Source: Acidilobaceae archaeon (GTDB lineage: Archaea; Thermoproteota; Thermoprotei_A; Sulfolobales; Acidilobaceae). Taken from it: 63,599 nt of DNA. Positions 43,394 to 52,348 of the stretch are shown here, piece after piece. Each line of letters starts with the position of its first letter. The stretch's first letter is position 1. A program made the position numbers and the translations under genes. Location of the stretch: contig JALSOR010000005.1 in NCBI GenBank assembly GCA_026986415.1, positions 1-63,599 of the forward strand. Direction: 5' to 3'. Below the pieces are notes generated by a model that ran no database searches, had not been told where the DNA came from, and saw nothing but the letters and a program-made list of their open reading frames with translations.

Positions 43394-43720
43394 ATGGCTG
43401 GAGAACATGGATTCGAGGATAAGGAGAGCATAACCAAAAATTTGAAAGTAGTCTATGAGGACCCAGAGATTATAGTTTATACGGCACCGACAGAGGAGGA
43501 GCTAAAGGAGATACTGTTAGATCTTCTAGAGAAGCATGAGCGTATGAGCATTAGGGATCTCCACCAGTTCCTCTCGGGGCTTGCGAGCGAGGACAAGATT
43601 CGCTACGCGCTGAGCCGTTTGATGGAGGAGAACCTTGTTGCTGTCGATAAGGATGGATACTATTATATTGCCCCTGCGGTGTATGACGACTATTACATGG
43701 GAGAAGAAAATTATTATTAG
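43394..43720 (+). CDS. Small winged-helix protein
   Basis: ILLDLL...MSIRDLH...SEDKIRYALSRL..E.LV..D.GYY; ATG follows GAGGTG. Confidence 0.7.
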   Translation: MAGEHGFEDKESITKNLKVVYEDPEIIVYTAPTEEELKEILLDLLEKHERMSIRDLHQFLSGLASEDKIRYALSRLMEENLVAVDKDGYYYIAPAVYDDYYMGEENYY

Positions 43721-44016
43721 ATAAAATAGGCTTGGTTTACAACGTCGTGGAAGTCATTGGGGAGAACCTTCTTTCTCGACCTATAATACTCGTATACCTT
43801 TTCCAGGAATTTCGTGAACACTGGGCACCCATCAAACTTCCCGTCCCTATCGCATCGCCCAGGCCTTCCCTCAACTGTGACCATGAGGAGACACTGACCA
43901 GTCTTCTTATCATAATATGGGCATAGCTTGTGGTACCTCTTCGCGCTTTTAACCATCTTCTCGATCCATCTCTTTTTAAGCTCGTCATCCCCCTCGGCCG
44001 GTCCCGGTCCAGGCAC
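43717..44016 (-). CDS. Small four-Cys hypothetical protein
   Basis: CPYY-x6-C-x12-C-x8-CP. Confidence 0.7.
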   Translation of the reverse strand: MPGPGPAEGDDELKKRWIEKMVKSAKRYHKLCPYYDKKTGQCLLMVTVEGRPGRCDRDGKFDGCPVFTKFLEKVYEYYRSRKKVLPNDFHDVVNQAYFI

Positions 44017-44091
44017 AGCTTCTCACCATATTGGTATGAATGTATAGGTGTAGAGACTATTTAATCTACACCTACTGGACGGTATTTGGGT

Positions 44092-44691
44092 CTAGAGTAG
44101 CAGTATTAATGATAATATGATTAGAGCGCCCCACAACATCTTATTATAGCGGAACAGCTTGCTTCCATCGAGCGGTGGTATAGGTAGTAGGTTAAAGAAT
44201 GCCACCCAGGCGTTTATAGAGGCGAAGTCCGCCAGGAAGATATGGGTTTCAGTGGAACCGGCTACATGCGCAGCCAAGTAGCCTAGCAGTGATAGTATTA
44301 GGTTCGTTGCGGGTCCGGCCGCTACGGACCGGGTTATCGCCTTTTCCAGGCCTGGCACGTATGAGTAGATGGTCGTCTTCACGTAGCCTGGTGTTATAAG
44401 AATTATGTTAGGTATGAAGCCTGAGAGGGCGGTCAGAAGAAGGCCTGGCTTGTATGCTACGAATTCAGCGTACAGCCCGTTCCTACGGCTCACGTAGCGG
44501 TGGGCGAGCTCGTGGAGTACTAGTCCTACTATTAATCCTATTGAGGAGCCGGAAATATAAGCATTAATATTAAAAATATTATATATTTTTATTATAGAGA
44601 ATAGTGATACTAGAACGCCTAGCACCCAAGAGACTGGCTCTCCTATTTCCTGGGAGCCATTAAACCTCAATACCGCCATAACCAGCACCAA
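44092..44691 (-). CDS. Site-2 protease (M50 family) membrane metalloprotease
   Basis: HELAH, AAGPATN and FNLLPIPPLDGSK motifs. Confidence 0.93.
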   Translation of the reverse strand: MVLVMAVLRFNGSQEIGEPVSWVLGVLVSLFSIIKIYNIFNINAYISGSSIGLIVGLVLHELAHRYVSRRNGLYAEFVAYKPGLLLTALSGFIPNIILITPGYVKTTIYSYVPGLEKAITRSVAAGPATNLILSLLGYLAAHVAGSTETHIFLADFASINAWVAFFNLLPIPPLDGSKLFRYNKMLWGALIILSLILLL

Positions 44692-44879
44692 CTAGACAGC
44701 CGCATGTTAGCGTCATAAAAATTAACATACAGTCCCACAGCGAACCACGCAGCTCAGCGGGAAACAGGGAGCAAAATATACGTTTAACCCAGCTTTTCAG
44801 GCCGACCCATTTAGTAGGGACATCACATAATCCTAACCTATAACAGGACCCGTCTGGGCGGGGGAGGTTCCAAACGACC

Positions 44880-45263
44880 TTGCTGGGGGACGTGAGACTC
44901 CTATGGGAGATAGCTAGAGACGAAATCACAGCCAGCATCCACAGGCTCAAGAGAACTCATGGAAAAGCCGTCGAGCTCGGAAACGATACTCTAGCCAGAG
45001 CAGCATCATTATGGCTAGCACAGCTGGAGCATATTAAAGGTAGAATAGACTCGATACTCTCCCACATTGACTCGACATACTATGTCCATGAGAGCGAAGC
45101 ATGCGAGCTCCTATCACTTCTAGACAAGCTACTGTTTAACATAGATTTGTCGCACGAGAAATTTCTTACTGAGCCTCTAAGAAGGCCTCTACTTCTAGCG
45201 AAGCATGCTGCCTCTTCTCATTGTTATAGTGCTAGAGAGAACGGGGTAAATATAACGTTATAA
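44880..45263 (+). CDS. Hypothetical protein
   Basis: 127-aa helical ORF preceded by GGAGG. Confidence 0.6.
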   Translation: MLGDVRLLWEIARDEITASIHRLKRTHGKAVELGNDTLARAASLWLAQLEHIKGRIDSILSHIDSTYYVHESEACELLSLLDKLLFNIDLSHEKFLTEPLRRPLLLAKHAASSHCYSARENGVNITL

Positions 45264-45309
45264 AATATTTAAACGTTGTATCTACATAATATTAGTATGG
45301 TGATATCGC

Positions 45310-45804
45310 ATGGTCGAGTTTAAGGGCTTAGAAGTAGATTTCAGCCATGTCCCAATAAAACCGACCGGAGCTAAAGAGGTTAGAGAGTTAGAGATAGCCT
45401 TAATCATAGGCACACTGTTCAGGGAGGATGTTATAAAAGAGATAATGGAGCCTCGAGAGTTCACAACGTGGGTTGACAGCCTGGCGGTCGCTGCTGGCGC
45501 GGTTGCCAGAGCCCAGGCCGGGTATCCGGTTTCAAAGATCGCAGAAGAGCTTGGCAGGACTGAGACGACCATTAGGAATCACCTTCAGGGGAAGACAAAA
45601 GCAGGAAAGCTCGTTCTCGAAACTCTAGAAATGCTGAAACGTGGTAAACTCCAAATAGCTGTTCCTGTTGGCGTTTGCCAGCCTTCAGAGGAGGTTGAAA
45701 AGGTAAAGGCCGAGCTTGAAGAGTGTAAGCGGAGAGTTGAGGAGTTGGAGGGTAAACTGGCAACGGTAAAAGATGAATTGAAAAAGATAATAGAAAAAAT
45801 ATGA
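45310..45804 (+). CDS. Archaeal HTH transcriptional regulator with C-terminal coiled coil (COG1318-like)
   Basis: TWVDSLAVAAGA.AR..AG...S.IAEELGRTE.TIRNHL.G.TKAG. Confidence 0.8.
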   Translation: MVEFKGLEVDFSHVPIKPTGAKEVRELEIALIIGTLFREDVIKEIMEPREFTTWVDSLAVAAGAVARAQAGYPVSKIAEELGRTETTIRNHLQGKTKAGKLVLETLEMLKRGKLQIAVPVGVCQPSEEVEKVKAELEECKRRVEELEGKLATVKDELKKIIEKI

Positions 45805-45898
45805 TTTTTAAATAATATATTGTCGTATTTATGTCGCACCCCCAGGTATGACCCCCTACCCATTTAGCCCTCCGAAACAATAGATTCTAGAGATCCCG

Positions 45899-46144
45899 GT
45901 GTCAGAGCAAATGTCCCGGGATAAACGGCGGAGACCCTCCTACACGCCCGTATTTGCAATATACCATAGGCCTTCCTCCGAGTGCGAGTTTTTCGAGTAT
46001 GAAGAAGCCGAGGGATACTACCTAGCATACTGTAAAGTGCTCCAAAGATACTTGACAAGAGACGCGGCCTTGAAGTGTGAGAACTACTGGAAAACGTGTC
46101 CGTTCAGAAAGATAGGGCTCCAAATGGCAGAAGAGAAAGAGTAA
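45899..46144 (+). CDS. Small four-Cys hypothetical protein
   Basis: CEFF...YC...C-x6-CPF. Confidence 0.65.
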   Translation: MSEQMSRDKRRRPSYTPVFAIYHRPSSECEFFEYEEAEGYYLAYCKVLQRYLTRDAALKCENYWKTCPFRKIGLQMAEEKE

Positions 46145-46154
46145 GGCTCGAACG

Positions 46155-46520
46155 TTAGGACCTAAACCTGCGCACGCTCACTCCGAGCTGTTTAGCCTTA
46201 TCTATGAGCTCGGCCGTAACCTTAGGCCCGGACCCGTAGAGTACCAGTATAGGCTTAGCATTCTTCTCGGCAGCCGCTGAAGCTAGACTTTCGGCAACTT
46301 CTACTGGTACTCTGCCCGTTCTACTATAGACTTTAACTATGAGGCGTTCTCCCTTCTTCGAAGCTATAAAGTTGTATGGAGCTTGATCCTCAGTGCTTAC
46401 CATCTCCACATGGTACCCAGCAGTCCTGTATGCCCCTGCCACCTTACCGGTAATACCATACTTTGTGGCGAGCTTCTTGGCCTCGAACGCCTCTCTTGCC
46501 GTGGTCATTTCCGAGTACAC
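46155..46520 (-). CDS. Restriction-endonuclease-fold (Mrr/Hjc-like) protein, catalytically degenerate
   Basis: AGY.VE...YNFIA.K.GE.LIVKV topology resembles PD-(D/E)xK but lacks the acidic residues. Confidence 0.55.
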   Translation of the reverse strand: MYSEMTTAREAFEAKKLATKYGITGKVAGAYRTAGYHVEMVSTEDQAPYNFIASKKGERLIVKVYSRTGRVPVEVAESLASAAAEKNAKPILVLYGSGPKVTAELIDKAKQLGVSVRRFRS

Positions 46521-46572
46521 CGGATAGATGGGTGAGAATCGACAGTATTTTAAGGTTGACCGCAGGCACCGT

Positions 46573-47484
46573 TTATGGTAGTATCTGGGTTCCCCGCCTG
46601 CCTTTGAAGACCTCGTATGCTTCTTCTAGGAGGCCTATTGCCGCGCGCCTGCCTGTCTCTCGTACAAAATCTATTACCGCTTCAACCTTGGGGCCCATAC
46701 TGCCTGGGGGGAACTCTCCTTTCCTATAGAGTTCTTCTAGCGTGTCAACGTTTACCTGGTGGAGCCATTTCTCTCCCGGCTTTCGGAAGTTGACCGCTAT
46801 GCCTGGAACATCTGTGAGTATGACGAAAAGATCAGCGTCTATCTCCCGGGCTAGAACGCTGGAAGCCCTATCCTTGTCAATAACGGCCTCTACAGGGTTC
46901 AGATCCTCGTCGACCGGTATCCCTCCCCCGCCTACACTTACCACGATATAGCCCTGAGAAAGCATGTTTTTGATTATCGGAGATTCTAGTATCCTGAGCG
47001 GTTTCGGGCTTGGTACAACCCTACGCCAGCCGCCTCTAGGATCAGGTTTCATCACCCAGCCCTTCCTCTCAGCCAGCAGCTTTGCTTCTCGCTCGGAATA
47101 ATAGGAGCCAACATACTTTGTCGGGTTCTTGAACGCCGGGTCGCTCCTGCTCACGACCACTCTAGTCGTTAGAACTGCTACCCTCCTCGTCCAGGACAAC
47201 GCTTGCTCTAGGGCGTGCTGGATCATATATCCGAGCCATCCCTGTGTCATGGCGACCATCATATCAAGAGTAGGCTGGGGCTTTCCAGTGCTACATGAGA
47301 AGGCTTCAAGGAGCAGTCCTACCTGGGGTCCGTTGCCGTGGGTGATAGACAGTTCAACGCCGCTCTCAACGATTCTTGCTAGCGGTATTGCCGCGTTTCT
47401 AACATTTTTCCACATCTCTTCTGGTGAACCCTTCTCTCCCTTGCGTAGGAGGGCGTTGCCGCCTAGTGCTATTACGGCTCTCAA
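46573..47484 (-). CDS. arcC: Carbamate kinase
   Basis: IALGGNAL, THGNGPQVG, RRVVPSP, GGGGIPV, AVIDKD and GSMGPKV motifs. Confidence 0.97.
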   Translation of the reverse strand: MRAVIALGGNALLRKGEKGSPEEMWKNVRNAAIPLARIVESGVELSITHGNGPQVGLLLEAFSCSTGKPQPTLDMMVAMTQGWLGYMIQHALEQALSWTRRVAVLTTRVVVSRSDPAFKNPTKYVGSYYSEREAKLLAERKGWVMKPDPRGGWRRVVPSPKPLRILESPIIKNMLSQGYIVVSVGGGGIPVDEDLNPVEAVIDKDRASSVLAREIDADLFVILTDVPGIAVNFRKPGEKWLHQVNVDTLEELYRKGEFPPGSMGPKVEAVIDFVRETGRRAAIGLLEEAYEVFKGRRGTQILP

Positions 47485-47523
47485 CCCAGACCCTCTTTGC
47501 TAAAAATAATATAAGTATTTAAA

Positions 47524-48879
47524 TTAAATAAATTTTATTCTATCTTTCACTCTATCGAGGAACTCGTCAACCATATCTTCAATGCTCGGTCCTTCAATTA
47601 TACGGACTTCGAACCTCACATGCACGATAGGCTTGTCAACATTAACTATCCTCTCAAGCTTTATTGGAGTCCCCGCTATGATTACATCGGCCGGTATGCT
47701 GTTGAGCGTCTCCTCTAGGGCCTTTATCTGCTCCGGGCTATAACCGGTACTCGGGACCACCTCTTTCATATGAGGATACTTCCTGTACATCTCTGCAATT
47801 ATCCCTTTAGCGTATGGTTTCGGATCAACAATTTCAGCACCGTACTTTTTAGCGGCAACATACCCTGCTGCGTAGGGTGAACCTCCATGGGTTACTGTCG
47901 GAGAATCCTCCACAACGACGGCTTTCTTGCCTTCTACTAGTTCTGGCTTGTCAACATAGACTTCGCTTACGGCAAGGCTTATTTTGGCGTTGGGGTTAAC
48001 ATGTTTAATATTTTCTTTTATTTTCTCGATATTTTCGCGTGGTGCCTGGTCGACCTTATTGATTATTACGCTGTCAGCCATGCGGATATTAACTTCTCCC
48101 GGGAAGCTTGAGACCTCATGTCCCGGGCGCATAGCATCCGCGACGACAATCATGTAGTCTGGCACGTAGAAGGGCCAGTCGTTATTACCTCCATCCCACA
48201 ATATAATGTCGGCTTCCATCTCAGCACGGCGGAGTATCTCCCCATAGTCTACACCTGCATACACCACTAGCCCCATATCTAGGTAGTGCTCATACTCTTC
48301 CCTCTCCTCTATAGTCACACCATACCTGTCGAGGTCCTCATATTTTTCGAATCTTTGCACAGCCATGGTTTCGGGATCGCTATAGGCCATCGGATGCCTC
48401 ACGGGCACTACCCTGAAACCCTTGTCGATAAGGTATTTGACGACTTTTCTACTAACACTACTCTTACCCGCACCCGTCCTGACAGCTGTTACAGCTATAA
48501 CGGGCTTGGCACTCTCAAGCATCGTATCTCTGGGCCCGAGGATTTTGAAGCTAGCACCCGTGGCGAGCGCAGCGCTCAGCTTATGGCCGACATCGTCGTA
48601 TAATAGGTCGCTGTAGGCTAGGACTATCTCGTCTACAGCCTCTCTCCGGGCAACCTTAGCAAGATCCTCCTCGGGTATGATAGGTATACCGTTAGGATAG
48701 AGCTTGCCTGCAAGGCTGGGCGGGTAGCGTCTCCCCTCTATCCCTGGTATTTGCGAGGCCGTGAAAGCAACGACCCTATACTCGGGGTTATCCCTATAGT
48801 AGACGTTGAAATTGTGGAAGTCTCTTCCGCCGGCACCCATGATTATGACTTTCCTAGGCCTCATCGCGTGCACCCGCAT
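47524..48879 (-). CDS. arcE: Arginine synthetase ArcE-like protein (cyclic 2,3-diphosphoglycerate synthetase-like P-loop family)
   Basis: GAGGRDFHNFN, TASQIPGI, AVRTGAGKS, TIEEREEYE and WDGGNND motifs; directly upstream of carbamate kinase. Confidence 0.8.
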   Translation of the reverse strand: MRVHAMRPRKVIIMGAGGRDFHNFNVYYRDNPEYRVVAFTASQIPGIEGRRYPPSLAGKLYPNGIPIIPEEDLAKVARREAVDEIVLAYSDLLYDDVGHKLSAALATGASFKILGPRDTMLESAKPVIAVTAVRTGAGKSSVSRKVVKYLIDKGFRVVPVRHPMAYSDPETMAVQRFEKYEDLDRYGVTIEEREEYEHYLDMGLVVYAGVDYGEILRRAEMEADIILWDGGNNDWPFYVPDYMIVVADAMRPGHEVSSFPGEVNIRMADSVIINKVDQAPRENIEKIKENIKHVNPNAKISLAVSEVYVDKPELVEGKKAVVVEDSPTVTHGGSPYAAGYVAAKKYGAEIVDPKPYAKGIIAEMYRKYPHMKEVVPSTGYSPEQIKALEETLNSIPADVIIAGTPIKLERIVNVDKPIVHVRFEVRIIEGPSIEDMVDEFLDRVKDRIKFI

Positions 48880-49029
48880 CTAACTATATGGTAATAGCTA
48901 AACTAAATACTATTGACCATGTTATGCGGAGGGGTTATAGTGGGATAAATGCATGAGTTGGACCGCAATCGGATTTAAAGTCCAATTCACGTGTAAAGGG
49001 CATGGACCCTTATTGGGGGTAGCAAGGTT

Positions 49030-51516
49030 TTGGCCGGGAAAGGATCGGGGAAGAAGAATAAGAAGGCGGGCGGAGGCCTGGAACTTGAAGAGTCGTTCGA
49101 AGCGCTGATACTTCGAATAGAGAAATATTCAACACCAATAACTTTAGTATTACTATTTATAATACTAGCATTAGGAATATATATTAGAATTATTCCCGCA
49201 TTAAACTATGGAATACACCTGGACGCTAGCGACCCATGGATAGTGTACTGGGAGGCAAAATATTTCCTAGATCATGGCCTCACCTCGTTTAGCGGTCTCA
49301 AGCATGTAACACAGTTCTGGTGGCCAATCGGCAGAGACTTCCTCCACACCGACTACATGGGCATGCCTTGGCTTGCGGCGGCAACATACCCTATAGGGAA
49401 GGCTTTCGGCCTCACATTACAACAGTGGGTAGCCCTCTTCCCGGTATTCGCAGGTGCGGCAGGCATCATACTAATCTTCGCTCTAACATACTACCTGACG
49501 GGGTCAAAGCTCGCAGCCCTAAGCGGTGCCGCGTTTTTCGCGTTCCTCCCAGGCTCGATAGTCAGGACTACTGTAGGCTTCGTGGAGAAGATAGGCTTCT
49601 CAATACCGTTCATCTCAGCATTCTACCTAGGGCTATTCGCCGCGCTCAGGAATGTGGAGAAGGGGAGAACTAGGAGGGCTATAATCTATTCCATTGTAGG
49701 AGGCCTAATAGGAGGCTCGATAGCGAACATATGGGGAGGCTTCCCCTATGTATTTTTAAGCCTGGCGTTAATAGTTGCGCTCGACCCAATAATAGGGGGG
49801 TTCAGCGAGAACAGGTTTAAGATATACGTCATAACATCACTATCTGTCGCAGCGGCCGCAGTAGCAGCACCCAGAGTAACGATAGGCTACTTCTTCACCA
49901 ATATAGGCGCGGCACTGACAGCCGCCCTACTCTTATACGCAGTAGAGCTCTGGGCCAATAAGACGGGCCTGGCACACCGTGTTATGGGGAAAGGGATTGA
50001 CTGGCGTTTCCACGCTTGGCTTATTACAGTAGGCATAGCTCTAGGGCTAATCCTCCTATATGGCGGGGCAATTAACCTTAGAAACCCCAGACTCCTCCAG
50101 ACAATAGGCATACGTTATATCAGCCCGCTGCAGAATAGCGTCCAGGAGAACCAGCCTACACCTATAACAACAATACTCAAAGAGTACGGGCTTCCACTAT
50201 TCTTCGCCCTAGCCGGCATAGCCGCTTACGCGTATAACCTGTACACGGGCAGGTATAAGGACACAACAGAGAAGATAGGCAAGTTCTTCTTCTATGTGTT
50301 CGCTATCATAGCAGTATTGTTTAACAAGGAGCTCGCATACTACACGCAGATATCATCATACTATGCTGTCCTAGCAGGAGCAGCCGGCATTTCCGATCTC
50401 ATACATGGCAGCATAGAGGAGACTGTGCAGAAAGGTAAGTGGAGGAAGATTGTAAACAAGAATAAGAAAAAGGAGGTTGCAGATCCTATAAGAGTAATGA
50501 TGGGTGTATTTATAATATTAATAGTAGTTTTCGGAGTAGCATATACAGGTAGACTAGCATACACGCAGAACAAGTATAGAGCCCCCCAGATACTAACAAG
50601 CGGTCTGGGACCACTAGCAGAAAGCGTTAACGGGCACAGGCAAGTAATTGTTCCAATAAACAATGCATGGCTTAACGCGTTAAAATGGATAAAAGAGAAC
50701 ACGCCGCCTAACGCTACTATTGTAAGCTGGTGGGACTATGGCTTCTGGATAACAGTCAACACGGGACGTAAAACCGTAGCGGACGGAGCAACATTCAATG
50801 AAACCCAGATAAGGTATCTTGCGGAGGCGTTAACCGGAACCGAGGGCACGGCAAGCTACATATTCAAATACAAGCTCGACCTCGTGCCTAACGATACGTA
50901 TGTCGTTTTCTATGAAGTATTCAATGGAATATATAACATTAAAAATAATTACACTATAATGTACCCAATGCTCTCTGGAGCCCGGAAACCCGCTTCACCA
51001 GACCAGTACGGTATAATAACTCATGGCGTCGCCGACTTCGGCAAATCAGTGCAAATGCTGAAGATAGCATATCGTATACCACCCTACAGTAGCATGGGCC
51101 CGTTCTTCACACAATACTCTTCAATATATGTTGACAGGTACGGGTACAAGTACCTCCACTTCCCGGGTTTCGTAGGAGAACCGAAGCAAAACGTAACAAC
51201 AGTGCTCAACACGCTGCTCTACAAGCTAGGGATGTGGGGCATAATTGCGATACCGCAATACGGTATTTATGACGGAAACATGTGTAGCCAGATATTCAAG
51301 AACAGTACTTTCGTCTACCCCTACGTTATAGCATCACTAACAGGAGGCCCGGGAGGAGGACCGCAGTTAAGCGATAAGCCAATAATACCTCCGCCATTAA
51401 AGTATTTCAGGCCCGTAGCGATAAGCGTGTCGTGCCCAGTAGTGAAACCAGACTATAAGAATGGTGTTATAACATTCACAGCGGTTGTAGTATTTATATA
51501 TCAGTGGACATATTAA
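49030..51516 (+). CDS. aglB: Oligosaccharyltransferase AglB (STT3 family)
   Basis: Many TM helices, SVQENQP, WWDYG and DFGK motifs. Confidence 0.95.
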   Translation: MAGKGSGKKNKKAGGGLELEESFEALILRIEKYSTPITLVLLFIILALGIYIRIIPALNYGIHLDASDPWIVYWEAKYFLDHGLTSFSGLKHVTQFWWPIGRDFLHTDYMGMPWLAAATYPIGKAFGLTLQQWVALFPVFAGAAGIILIFALTYYLTGSKLAALSGAAFFAFLPGSIVRTTVGFVEKIGFSIPFISAFYLGLFAALRNVEKGRTRRAIIYSIVGGLIGGSIANIWGGFPYVFLSLALIVALDPIIGGFSENRFKIYVITSLSVAAAAVAAPRVTIGYFFTNIGAALTAALLLYAVELWANKTGLAHRVMGKGIDWRFHAWLITVGIALGLILLYGGAINLRNPRLLQTIGIRYISPLQNSVQENQPTPITTILKEYGLPLFFALAGIAAYAYNLYTGRYKDTTEKIGKFFFYVFAIIAVLFNKELAYYTQISSYYAVLAGAAGISDLIHGSIEETVQKGKWRKIVNKNKKKEVADPIRVMMGVFIILIVVFGVAYTGRLAYTQNKYRAPQILTSGLGPLAESVNGHRQVIVPINNAWLNALKWIKENTPPNATIVSWWDYGFWITVNTGRKTVADGATFNETQIRYLAEALTGTEGTASYIFKYKLDLVPNDTYVVFYEVFNGIYNIKNNYTIMYPMLSGARKPASPDQYGIITHGVADFGKSVQMLKIAYRIPPYSSMGPFFTQYSSIYVDRYGYKYLHFPGFVGEPKQNVTTVLNTLLYKLGMWGIIAIPQYGIYDGNMCSQIFKNSTFVYPYVIASLTGGPGGGPQLSDKPIIPPPLKYFRPVAISVSCPVVKPDYKNGVITFTAVVVFIYQWTY

Positions 51517-51643
51517 TTTTTTATTAAATAATATATTATCTTGGATCTACCACACAATATAACATAAACCCCTACACGGCCCACATAGCACACGAGTAGT
51601 AGGGGGCGAACGTCCAAAAAATACTCGGGGGAGACGGTAGAAA

Positions 51644-52150
51644 ATGATAAAACGCCGTTCTAAACAAAACCCTAAAAAACTTGTTATCGAGGCGATCTCC
51701 CACGTTACTAAAGCAAAAATAGAAGTTGAACATGCCAAATGGAGGCTCCAATCGCTCCCAGATCCCGAGGCTAAACGTATAGCGGTAAAACTAGAAAGCC
51801 TGTCTCTATTACTCGAAAAGGTCTCCCTCCGTTTAAACACGTTCCTCCAGACAGGAATTATAACTCGCGATCTAGTGCAGGATGCCTTAGAGACGGTCAA
51901 AAAGGGTATAGAAGGGAGCCAGGGCCTCCCCCCAGCGCTCGCCGCTACCCTATGGGATTTAGAAGCAGTATTAGGAGATCTCTACGAGAACACTGAACGA
52001 GCGCTCCCAGACATTCAACATATAGTCTCGAATATGGAGAATAGCCTGGATAGGCGTGCTGAAGCAATTCTTAGCGAGGCTTCCAGGCAGGCGGAAGCTA
52101 GGAAAAAAGCGGCTGGTAAGGAGAAGAATAAGCAGGGATCAGCTATATAG
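51644..52150 (+). CDS. ESCRT-III/CdvB-like protein (short, CdvB3-like)
   Basis: All-helical 168-aa protein with LEKVSLRLNT (CdvB-type LE.V.LRL.T) and AEAIL.EA...AE. Confidence 0.6.
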   Translation: MIKRRSKQNPKKLVIEAISHVTKAKIEVEHAKWRLQSLPDPEAKRIAVKLESLSLLLEKVSLRLNTFLQTGIITRDLVQDALETVKKGIEGSQGLPPALAATLWDLEAVLGDLYENTERALPDIQHIVSNMENSLDRRAEAILSEASRQAEARKKAAGKEKNKQGSAI

Positions 52151-52180
52151 GGCATATGATTTTCCGGGAGGAAGGTTCCT

Positions 52181-52276
52181 TTTGGGCCGATGATGTATCC
52201 TAGCCAGGCGGATGCAGGATTTGATTGCTATCTCTAGCTGGAAGGGTGAAGAGTGGACCACAATCTGAGGCCCAAA
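52181..52276 (+). ncRNA. Box C/D guide sRNA candidate (long form)
   Basis: 8-bp terminal stem TTTGGGCC/GGCCCAAA flanks a C-like ATGATGT and D box CTGA. Internal D'-like CGGA and C'-like GTGAAGA are present. Confidence 0.7.
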
Positions 52277-52348
52277 TCTAAAATATAATCTTGGGGTCTG
52301 ATCCACGGTATGAGAATAGGAGGGGTTTAATAGGAGTCTGTATGAGGG

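Noticed and set aside
44750..44830. GTGATGT...CTGA...CTGA on the minus strand as a C/D sRNA
   Set aside because: Box spacing is irregular, there is no C' box or terminal stem, and the region overlaps probable divergent promoters.
47524..48879. Cyclic 2,3-diphosphoglycerate synthetase call
   Set aside because: The N-terminal GRDFHNFN signature and linkage to carbamate kinase fit the ArcE subfamily better, and no 2-phosphoglycerate kinase is adjacent.
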